A stretch of DNA of 44,980 nucleotides, from assembly GCF_000743755.1 (NCBI RefSeq), contig NW_014569494.1, forward strand, positions 1 through 44,980, given 5' to 3'. Position 1 is the stretch's first letter, and every line of letters starts with the position of its first letter. The notes under the pieces were generated by a model that had not been told where the DNA came from, searched no databases, and saw only the letters and a list, made by a program, of their open reading frames with translations. Positions 24,740 through 35,795 of this stretch are shown one piece after another. The translations under genes were made by a program, and so were the position numbers. The stretch comes from Blastocystis sp. subtype 4. Lineage: Eukaryota.

Positions 24740-26857
24740 ATGTTTAAGAAGCTTGTATTCAAATGTCCACAAATTGACACATAGGAACGTCGTGTTCATG
24801 AAATCAGTCAACAACTTGTTGATTTGAAGGGAAGACTGAATCGGGATACTTGTGAGGAAAGTGTATGAGTGTCATCGAAATTGGTGATCTATAGTTCAAT
24901 ACTCTGTCACAAATCCATGAAGAAGTATTCGCTAACTTGATGCCAAAGATTGAGAAGATGAATGAACGAGCATGTGAATCAAACCCAGATAAACAGACCT
25001 ATGGACCTGATACGTGTCAGAAGGTATAGGATCATCTTCCTTCGTGATAGGTAGATTAAAGTAATGTACAGTGAGTTTCTGGATGTGAAAACATGTCTTG
25101 ATGAAGTAACAGAGACTTGCAATGGATTTGTGGAAGCATTGAATCAGGAGAGAAAGATCGAAGAAGAGAAAAGACAGCAAGAATTACTTCGTAAACAAGA
25201 AGAAGAAGAGAGAAAACGTCAGGAAGAAGAAATGAGACTAAAGTTGGAACAACTTCGGTTGGAAGAAGAGAAGAAGAAGAAGGAAGAGGAAGAGCGTATT
25301 CGAAAGGAACAGGAAGAACAAGAGCGTCAGAGACGCATAGCTGAAGAGAAGGCTCGGGATGAAGCACGTCGTCGAATGGAAGCAGAAGAAGAGGAGCGCA
25401 ATCGCCAAGAGATTATTCGACGCCAGAAAGCCTTAGCGGAGTCCATTCGACAGCAGAGAGAGGCCGAGAAGAAGGCAGCAGAAGAAGCGAAGCGTCAGGC
25501 TCTGGAGAAAGCGGAAGCAGAGGCTGAAGCTGCCTGGAATGCTGCTCTCGAGAGTGAAGCATGTGTGTACGAGTCAATATCTGCGGAAGTGGCAAATTCA
25601 GTTGAGGGAGTGGAGATCGATGAGACAGGGCTATGGACATTACTGTCAGTACAGGAATTCGAATCAATTCTGCATCAAGATATCTCTCCTAATGTCTGTG
25701 TTTACTGGTTGAATCAGTACTCCACAAAGAGCAAGGAGAATTTGCAACTGATTCAGGAGCACATTCCGTTTTATCCCTCCATTCGTTTCTTGTGTGTGAA
25801 TACTGGTACATTCCCTCAGTTACCTTTCCAGTATGGTGCTCAGATTAGTACTGTTCAATGTTTCATTAAGGGAACACAAGTGTTCATGTCAACAACCAGT
25901 ACTGTCATGGAGACTATTCAATCCTTCTATGATACAATTCAGACTCATCGTATTGCCTACTATTTTGATCTGTTTCATGATTTCTCTGAGTATCCTACAC
26001 TTCAGGACAATGGATTCACTACGGCCATCTCAGCTGAAACTTTTGGATCGATGCGAGTATCTGAAAAGATGAAGAAGGACATCGAGAATACTGTAGAACA
26101 ATTGCGTGAAGCCTGTCCTGATGCTGGAGCCTTCCAGCAGGCAATTCATCTCTGGAATGTGATTCTGAAGAATATCTTAAAGAACCCACAGGATGAAAGA
26201 TATGCTCGTATTCGTATGAATAACGATAAAGTCATGCGTTTGACAGGATAGTCGAGATAATGATAATGGATCATGTGTAGTGAAAGTGGTAAACAGGGGT
26301 TGTCTCTGTCGGGATTTGTAGAAGATATGATTGCAGATGTTCCTTACTATGTTATGAAATCAGGGAATCTGAACATTCCTTGGTTAACATTCTTATCTCA
26401 CTATCTTGAGGGTAACAGTGTGTGGAAAGAATGAGAAGTAGGACTAGAAGGGAAATATCCATCACCTGGGACATCTCGGTCTCAATCAGCGAATACAGTG
26501 ACTCCTTTACATAGTAATCTGTTGGATGTGGATCCAGAACTCGTTTCTTATTTCAACGGATTATCATTACCTGAATTGAATCGTGAGATGGAGATGGCTA
26601 TGTTACAGTTACAAGGTGATCCTGATATTCAATCATTCTTCGAAGTTATAGGTTCCCATCCTGAGCTTGCTCAAGCTGCAAGTATGGGAAATCCAGGTAG
26701 ATTTGTTCATTTGGTTGAGACATAGATTTATCATCGTTGCCACCTGGTGTACTACGTGAAATGATGCGTCCTGAAGTCAGAAGAGGATATGAGAAGCTGT
26801 ATTCGAACCCTACTGTGAAGGCGATCACGCAGGTAATACTTCAACGCAAAGGAATGT
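24740..26857 (+). CDS. Coiled coil + thioredoxin-like fold (no CxxC) + PUB + STI1-like protein; UAA completed by poly(A)
   Basis: E/R/K-rich helix; Trx-like SVQEFESIL...IRFLCVN...TVQCFIKG; PUB ILKNILKNPQDERYARIRMNN; DP/NP repeats LQGDPDIQ, LYSNPTVK. Confidence 0.75.
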
Positions 26858-26861
26858 TATG

Positions 26862-26869
26862 TGTTTGTT
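26862..26869 (+). terminator. TGTTTGTT element defining the PUB-gene poly(A)/stop site
   Basis: Exact motif 4 nt after codon-initial T26857. Confidence 0.88.
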
Positions 26870-26941
26870 TCGTATACATATTAGTATATACTGAAAGTCA
26901 TACTTTAGCTAATACTTGTTGACAACGAATAGATCGTGAAG

Positions 26942-28091
26942 ATGGTATCGATTCATGCTGCTACCATAATCTAGTTTGCTCCAACGACAAACAGAGTCCT
27001 AGAAAACAACACAACCATCTGGAGCTGTTCTTGGCTTAAAAATGGAGATATTGCTGTTGGTTGTATTGATGGTTCAACCAAGATTCTGTCTCGTTTGATC
27101 GTTATCCTAATTCATAGTTCTCCTTCTCTTGAGACCAAGTTTGATATGAAATCTCAACATATGGGAGTTGTTAGTGTTGCAGCTAGTAAAACGGAAGATA
27201 TTCTTGCAACAAACACCGTTGATGGGTATATCTGCTTAAGGAATTCTCTCACGGGTTTGTATCTGTAGTTTGGATGATGAGCTAGGTGTTCCAATAAAGA
27301 CAATGTCGCTGGGTCCGATGGAAGCCTGGCAAATTGTATTTTCTGTGGATGTAGATGATGTTTTCCGAAAAATATATAGGGAAAATTACTATTTACAGGA
27401 AGTGGAAGTGGAGCTATCAAAGCTTGGTCTTTTGACTCTGAGATATCCAGTACTTTCTACAGATGTTGACACTTAACAGTATAAACATTTGTATCCGAAT
27501 ATTCGATTGAAACAAAAGCAGGATTCATCATGTCATTCGCAGTGGTAAAGGACAGAGAAAAAGACTCATATGTAGTCACCGGATGGGTTGTATTTAGCTA
27601 GTGGTCATAAAGATGGTACTGTATGTGTACTGGATCTGGTGAAAAAGAGAGTGATTCGTTCGTTCCATAGTATCTCTGTTCGTAGCCTATTCCTGTAGAC
27701 CACTCAATGCCTGTTCGAAGTTTATGCTTCTCAAAGGACAGTCTGTTATATTCTGGTTCAGATGATAAGAACATCTATTGTTATGATATCCGTACACAAG
27801 ATACTGCTGTTGTTCGATCATTTACGGGAAATTCTGGATGGGTTGTGGGACTCTCAGTCTCTCCAGACGCTCAATATCTTGTTTCCAGGTAGGTTTGTTC
27901 TATGGATACCAGGGCTAGCTCGACTGATAAGAGAGTAATGATCTATCCAATAGTGGCAGATGATGGAGTCCAAACAATGAACTGTCATAACAGCATTGTA
28001 TGGGGTGTTCGGTTCAATGAGGACGGATCGATGATTTTATCTGTCGGAGATGATGGGTCTATCCAGTTGTATTTGAGACAAGAAAGAGTTT
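26942..28091 (+). CDS. WDR61: WD40 protein WDR61/Ski8; UAA completed by poly(A)
   Basis: IWSCSW, HMGVVSV, GPMEAWQIVFS, FIMSFAV|SPDGLYLASG, HSMPVRSLCFS, SSTDKRV, VWGVRFN...SVGDD. Confidence 0.88.
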
Positions 28092-28095
28092 CTTT

Positions 28096-28103
28096 TGTTT
28101 GTT
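28096..28103 (+). terminator. TGTTTGTT element defining the WDR61 poly(A)/stop site
   Basis: Exact motif 4 nt after codon-initial T28091. Confidence 0.9.
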
Positions 28104-28123
28104 ATAATTGTTCTCCAACTGGG

Positions 28124-30037
28124 ATGGGAAATATCCTATGTCCCGCATCTCAGTCTACACGACAAGATACAGTTCCTGTTTGGATCCAAAAGGAGAATGA
28201 AGTTTAGTCATGTAGTACGCGTGTGAGGATCAATCTCTTTGAAGAGATTACATCCATCAATCGTAGCAATATAATAGGATATTTACTATAGGTTACGACA
28301 AATGGAGGACAGCCTTTGGACTAACTCTAGATCCTGGGCTCTGTCGACGATGTTCTATACAATATAATGCCGCAAAGATGATTATCTTCAAGAAACGTGA
28401 GATTGACTATTCGAATGTTTTACTGTATTATCATTGTAATGTGGTAGTATCCGTCTTTTGGAACGGAAATAGATTGGGATCGATTTCCAGGAATGGATGA
28501 TAATCTGAAGTATGTCTTGTATCCTTCTTTAATCAACAGAAATAGCGCCATTCGGTTATTTTTAGTTATTAGTGAGATGAATGATCTCTTCTTTGCACCT
28601 TCTCTCCCATTTTTTGTTATTGCACTTCTTTTCCACATTAGTGAGGAGGAAGTGTACTGTGTAAGAGTTTGTTGGGTATATGAGAGAAAGATTATCAACA
28701 GTATCCTTGACTCTCCAGTTCTTAGGAAGAAGTATCTAATATCGAATCAACGGTATTACGAAGCTTTCTTGGAGACTACAACCACTATCAATGAGAAATG
28801 TCCTAGTAAAGGAAATGTGTTACTTGTAGATCGAAATCCAGAGAATGCTCATTTCTGTTCCCAACACCCATCCATCTATGGTTATATCGTTCGGTCCTGG
28901 ATGTCCACTTTTTGCTTTTCCAGTATCCCGTGGGATATCTGTGTACGCCTGATCGATGCATTTGTTTGTAGTGGGATCTGGGTAGAGATTCATATTTGAG
29001 TTCAATGTAGTTGTTTCCTGCTTTGTATGTGATTGTTCTCAATCACTTTGGTACTATGGATTTGGTAAATGAAAATGATGAAATGAACTGTCTTCAGTTT
29101 CAGGAATTCTTGAAGACATTGAAAGATGACACATATGAGGATCTTCTTCTTGAAAGTACTTATTTGGCGTAAGTTTTGTTGAATTGTTTCACATAGTGAA
29201 TCTCTTACTTCCGAGGAAACGACAGTCCATGCAAAGATGGAGCAGATGCAGCATCAAATCGACGAAGGAGAAGACATTATGAATATCTGTCGATATCATT
29301 TGTACTATGTATGCATTGTTATCTTCATTCTTATGTAGGTATTGGGTCCAGCTCGATTACTTAATTCTGCTCTTTGTAAGGAAATCATGCGATATCTCCC
29401 TGTTCGTATTCAGTCTCAGGATCCCCATCTTCTCTTCACTACGTTACTTCATGGTTATCATGTTACTCACCTCATTGAGTTTGTTTTTATCGATTCTTTC
29501 ATTTCTAGACGTGCAGAAGCAAATAAGCCTACCTTGCTGTTACTTCAAATTGAGCATAATGGGAATCTCATCGGCTTGTATAGAGAAGATCGGTGGAGTC
29601 GACGGCACGGAGTACACGGTTCTCCAGACACAATTCTCTTCTCAATCGAATTTACTTGGAAGAAGAGAGAGTTGATAACCATGATTCGGAAATGGGTTGG
29701 AGGTAAGAGCAGAATAGAATGATCATTCCTAGTTCTCTCCGATCAGTTTGTGGATGGTGTGGAAAAGCCAACAGTTGATTCAGACGATGGAAATCATGTA
29801 TAGCAATACGTCTATGTACGGAGTCCAGAACGGTATTTGATGATTGGTGCTGGTGGGAGAAAAGGAATCAGTTTCTATTGTTCTGAAGATTTCACGAAAG
29901 CATACAGCCAACAGAGTGATGTCTTTCAAAATCCTCCATTGTGTGGTAGGGGTAGAATGTCTTATGGAAAATAGATCGCGAGTTCTTCTCTATATCCAAT
30001 GCCGAACTGTATGATTTCTATAGTGCAAGAACCAAAT
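28124..30037 (+). CDS. TBC (Rab-GAP-like) + TLDc protein, TBC1D24-like, with N-myristoylation motif
   Basis: MGNILC start; FAPSLP, IPWDICVRLIDAFVCSG; TLDc LLFTTLLHGY, HGSPDTILFS, LMIGAGG, FQNPPL. Confidence 0.85.
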
Positions 30038-30063
30038 CAATTGTTTCATTCAACAAATAACCC

Positions 30064-30890
30064 CTATCCAAGAATAGCCTTTTTACCACTGAACCAACGC
30101 TTGACAATAATGATTTGTACAACAGAAAACGCGAAGAACACGACAATTTCCACAAGATTCACAAAGGAAACACGTTCGTGTGTTTTCATCACAGCTACTC
30201 CTCATTCCTCCTCTAGTATCTTACCATTACGACGACTTTCCTCTTGAAGACGATATGCTGCCTGTTTGCCTTTGATCTCCTCTGTCATGGATTGAATGTC
30301 TTTCATGACATTATTCACATTAGCAATCTATATTTCAGTTATTCACCTAAAAACACACATCTTGATCCTTCAGAAGTTCATCTTCATAACCACTAGATTC
30401 ATCTTCTAGCCTCATAACTCAATCCAAAGAATACCAATTTCACCTCCATTAAAACGAATTTCCACAGTCTTGTCAAATTGGGACATTCCTTCTCGACTGT
30501 TGTCCAGACAGAACATATATTCGGCAAAATAGGGAATTTCGAAATCATTATTCTACTGATCGTTCTATAATTATAAAACGTACTCGAATAGCAGGTGGAT
30601 GCGAAGGATCCGTACCTAGATCAATATCAAGGAGAACTTCATCACGACCAACAGACTTTACCTACATATATTAAGATTCTACAGCAACAAACGCTAAAGT
30701 GAATATCATGCTTTCCTCCATCAATAACACTAATATACAGTTGAGGTTTATGTCCCAACCCCATTTCATCATAGAGACATCGAATCTCTCCTTTTGGGAT
30801 CTATCGGTTCATTCAATCCGGTTCAATCAGTACTTCTACATAGATCGTAAACACCAACGTGAATAAGAAAATACTTAAGATGCTCTTCAT
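30064..30890 (-). CDS. p24/emp24/TMED (GOLD) cargo receptor (not in ORF track)
   Basis: Signal MKSILSIFLFTLVFT; IPKGEIRCLYDE, VIDGGKHDIHF, EYMFCLDNS, KTVEI; coiled coil; TM; tail KRWFSGKKAILG*. Confidence 0.9.
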
Positions 30891-31050
30891 TCTTCTCCGC
30901 TAGCGATAGTATTCGATTATCCATTTCTTACCAGAATCAGTTTGTTTTAAGGTATTCCAAAAACAATCGAATTGGGACAATCGGCAGCGACATGACGGTC
31001 AGTAAAGCACCGAATTCGGCAGAATACCGAACAGTTCAACTACGTTTAGA

Positions 31051-34000
31051 ATGGAACAACAGACCTATCTGGACTTGATTACCGCTTTAAACATCATTCA
31101 AGATGGGAGATCACCTCCTGCGCAGCGTGAGAGTGCAGAGAAGGCGGTGAACATGTTTGGAGAGGTTCCTAATGCCATCAGTTACATCTACTACATTTTG
31201 GCAACAAATAATGAACGTATTTTCTTCGCTTTCGTCGTGATTATGGAATAGAGCACACGTTGTTTATACGTCATTTCTGTTTGAATACGTTGAAAGGCAT
31301 TATCATTTCACGCTGGAATCGACTTACAACAGATGAGAAGGCATATGTGAAGAAACTCGTCTGTGACTACATGAATGAAGTTATCAATGTCATCACTATG
31401 TTGTTCAGTAAGTTGTAGGGTACAACAGATGCAAACTTTGTGCATACGAAGTTTGCAGAAGTGTATGCAGAGTTAATCAAGCGTGAATGGCCTCAGGCAT
31501 GGCCAAACATGTATGATGATCTTAAAAAGTCAATGCGTTCGAGCTGTACTCAGTTCATCACTGGAGTTCGCATCTTCCAATACTTCTTGCAGGATCTGAA
31601 TTCAGAAGGTGCAGATGATCGACTGACCAAAGGACGTCGTTCAGATTTGAAGGCCGTACTTTTTTTCAGTTGATGTCATCTAGGCCTTCAATAAGATCGC
31701 AGATGATTTTATCCGATTTATCAATTTCATGATTCCTCAATATGCGGTGGATCCCTCTATTAGCGAAGTACTAGTCACAGATTGTGTTCGGTTGTATGCA
31801 GCCATGGTTCCTCCAGTACGCTTATGTCATACCATTCACTTGCAGCTGAACGTAGATACTCTAAAACAGTTCCTCGATCCTATTCTCAGTGTTCTTGATG
31901 CCTATTCTACGAATGATGTAATCCTTCCTGAAATCCTCATTCTTGTTGACAATCTTGCAACGTAAGTACTCTTACTCATTCCTTCTCTCTAGCGTAAATT
32001 ACAACAATGATACTAGAGATTTGGCAATTCGTGTCCTTCAGACTCTCCTTGCAATGTATCCTGTAATGACACAAAAGTTCCCAAATATGGATTCAGATTA
32101 CTCCATTTATCGATCCTATTATATGTACGTATAATGGTTCCATAATTATCAAGTGCGGTTATTGATTTCTGTGTATATCAAAGGAATCTATTAATGCAAT
32201 GGAAGCCAAGTGAAGTGGTGTTCTATCAGAAGCTACAACAGATGGCAATTTCATTACTGGTGTTTCCTCGTTTAGAAATTGCTGACTTGGCTGTTGATGC
32301 CATCCCTTCTCTCTTTCCTGATATCACACGCAATGATTGCAAAGCGATAAAAGTAGATGCTGAGAATGGTATTCTAGAAGTTGTAAGTAACCTATTGACC
32401 AGCATTCAGACTAACAATATTCGACACCCTCAGTTCCGTAGCACACAGTAGGGATCATGATAGAAGTGTGATGTAGTGATGAATATGATTTTGATGAGAC
32501 TGAGTATTTGAAGGATTACCAACAATATCTTGAAGAGATTCGACGAGTGATAGTTGCTCTTACCAGAGTCTATCATGTGACGATTGTGAAGTCGATTCTA
32601 CTTATGTTGTTATTGTTACTGCTTAATGAAATAGACTAAAAACACAGTACTCTGAGAATGTATTGCTTCTGGATGCTCTGCTGCAAATCTTGAATGCCTT
32701 CAATCGAGGTATTTCCAGTCACAACATCAATGTGAAAGTGAAACAGGAACTTATTGGAACAGGAAAGGATATCGTCCAACAGTTTTTGTCATTCCCCGTG
32801 GGAACATCTTATGATCAGGATAGTTACACCATTCGATTCATTATGTCCTTCCTGTGGGTTTTACAGCAGGATCAACAGAGTTTGATGGGATACATCGAAT
32901 TACTCATTACAATGATTCAAAATGCTTCCAGTTTGTATAAGTGGGAGTTTCATTGAAAGATCATGAATAGTGGAAACGTGGAACAGCAACTGAAAATACG
33001 TGCTACTGCATCCAATCACTTACAGTTGACTATCAAGACACAAGGATCAGCTCTGATTACTCAGTTGGACCAATTACTTCCAGTGGTCTATCAGCTGGCC
33101 ACAAGTGCTACAGATGCGGTAACACGCAATAACATGTGTGTAGCCTTCTGTAGTGAAGTGTGATGGATGTGATGTATAGTGGCTCTAGCAATGAACGTGA
33201 ACAATCCGAAGGAGCGAGAGACGAAAATGGCAAGTGTGTTTAAGCCAATTATTGAATATCTCCAGAATCCAGCTCTTACCTCAGCCTTCGCATCACCCGT
33301 GGAATTCTTTACTATGTTTGATGGCAAGTAGATATGAAGAGAAAGACTGAGAAATAGTCTGGATAAGTTAGCTGAGGTTGGTAACATTCTTACTTGCTTG
33401 AATGGAATGCTGGATGTGATTCAGACAACCAATGAGTATTTGAAGATTAGTGAATCCTTGTTTCAAGTCTTGGGAACTAGTTTTGCTTTGTTATTCGAGA
33501 CAGCATCATATCTCCTGGTAGGTACGGGTGCTGAAGAGTCTCAGTTGAATTCATGGAGATGGATGACCCCAGGGGAGGTTGGGAATCTGGAGTGTGGGAA
33601 TAATTCTCCACTTCAGAGTACACGAATGACCAGTATCTTTGTTGTAGTTACAGTAATGAGTGAATATTGAGAATAATGAATAGAAACTCTGGCGTCATAT
33701 GTTAAATTGTGAGAATGTTGCTATAGATCGAGTGATTGAAACATTAGGAGTAAGGAATGAAGAAGAGAATGACATACAGACGACTATCATTCGTTATACT
33801 CCATTTTATCGATTATATTTGCTTACACAAGTTGTTACAAACTTACTAACACCGTTCTTGTTCTTTAGGTTTATTACACATAGAATGTATTTATCTTGTC
33901 CTGCTGCATGGAGTCAAAAGAATGGTCAACCATCTTCAACTCTAATGCAATTACTTACTAGTGAGTTAACTGCACTTCAACAACGTCTTAACACAGGAGA

Positions 34001-35198
34001 GAATCTTTCTTGTAGTAGGAATTGGATTCTCTATCCAAGTTTAGTGATTCCTCTCAATCTTCAAATCCCTGGAGCTTCAGGACCACAAGCCTTTGAGGAA
34101 GCAAGTGGTATTATCCAACACAACCAACTACAATCACTCTCTCAAGCCATTCTCTCATTCTTCTTAGCTATGGCTGGTTATGCTCTCAAAGGATACAAGC
34201 AGTCATCTGCAGTACGTCAATTCTCTTCCAATCTGATGGGTACTGTGGAGGATCGTTTCCGAGGTCGTAACTCTGTATCTCGTGTCAATCAGTATATTGG
34301 AGGAACTTCATGTAAGTGAGAGATGATGGAATGACGGCAGTAGCAAGTGCGGTGAAGTTAGCAGATAATGAGCAGGTTCAACAGAAGAGTAAGAATGATG
34401 AGTGAACTAGAATCTAGGTATGGAGTACTTCCGTCGGAACTTTGAATCTGTAGCTGTGACTAATTATGAAATAGCCCAACTAATTCAACAGATCATATTG
34501 GTATTTGTGAACGAAGGTGATTCGTTTGAAGACTTCATCATTCGATCGACATTGAATTTCTGTTCATTTTATATTCCTTATTTAGGAGGACGTACAAATC
34601 ATGCACTTTTTTTGGATACATTATTCAAGGTGATTTTGACTATTGTTCTGACTCAAGATTGTGATGAGACTCTCTCAAAGCGATATGTTGCTATTTGTGC
34701 TTATATTTTTGATTTCAATATTGTGAAGAAGAATATTTCACCCTATCGTGTGTATTCCAAAGAACCAATCAATTCATCCATTGATCAAATCTTGGGTCAG
34801 ACCAATTTGGTTACCGATAGCATGTTCCGTTCTCTGAAAAGCAAAATGACATCATGTAATAATGAGCTTCAAAGTATTGACATCATGAAAGATTTCTTCA
34901 TTGAGTTGAAGACTGCATTTGAAGGAAGTAAGAATGATGAATGGAATCAACAGCAGATGGAGACACGCAAGCAAAGACTAACATGATGGTGGATATTCCA
35001 CATACGGCAATTGGGAGAAGGAACAAGAAGAATAAAAAGAATTCTGGTCACAATCGTAATAATTCAAAAGGAAATGATAATCAACGTGGAAAGGGAAAGA
35101 AGGGAAAGCGTCATCAATATAGGAATCAAAATCGTGATCATAATAAGATCTTTGGAAATGATGATGAAGAGTTGGAGGCCATGTCTCAATGGCAATAG
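31051..35198 (+). CDS. XPO5: Exportin-5/Msn5-like karyopherin
   Basis: RHFCLNTLK...RWNRL and KFAEVYAELIKREWPQAWP (Xpo1 domain); HEAT-like exons; basic C-terminal tail; TGTTTGTT at 35214-35221. Confidence 0.78.
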
Positions 35199-35302
35199 AG
35201 TATGTTTATGTATTGTTTGTTGAGTTACCAAAATCCTTCCGTTTTCTGGAAATGGTATCATGATTGAAGAGACCAAAAGAAGTATACTTGTGGTAAACTA
35301 AG

Positions 35303-35754
35303 ATGGTAGAATACTTTATGATGGGTTGATCGTTTAGGGTTTTGAAAAAGAAGTCATTAAGAAGGGAGATGGAAAGAACTTTCCTAAGACCGGAGATACG
35401 CTGACCATGCACTACACTGGAACTGTAAATGTAAATTGTAGCGAGTTTACAGCGTAGCTTCCCAGTGGAAAGGTATTTGACAGTTCTCGTACTCGTGGCA
35501 AGCCTTTCCAGTTTGTGATTGGTATTGGTCAGGTTATTAAGGGTATCCAAAAGTATCAAGAGTAATGAATAGGCTGGGACGAAGGTGTGATGACCATGTC
35601 TGTTGGAGAGAGATGCAAACTGACTCTTTCACCTGATTATGGCTATGGTGCCAGAGGAGTGCCTGGAATGTTCGTATGGATAGATAGAATCATGTGTAGT
35701 ATTCCTCCCAATTCAACTCTCATTTTCGATGTTGAGCTCCTCAAGATCAACTAA
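35303..35754 (+). CDS. FKBP1: FKBP12 peptidyl-prolyl isomerase (5 exons, not in ORF track)
   Basis: [41 protein letters not shown]...GQVIK|GWDEGV...YGYGARG...[17 protein letters not shown]. Confidence 0.97.
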
Positions 35755-35795
35755 TTCATTTTTGTTGAATTATTTTTTGTTGGTACAAACACATG

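Noticed and set aside
25140..25530. GAA-rich tract
   Set aside because: It encodes the E/K/R coiled coil.
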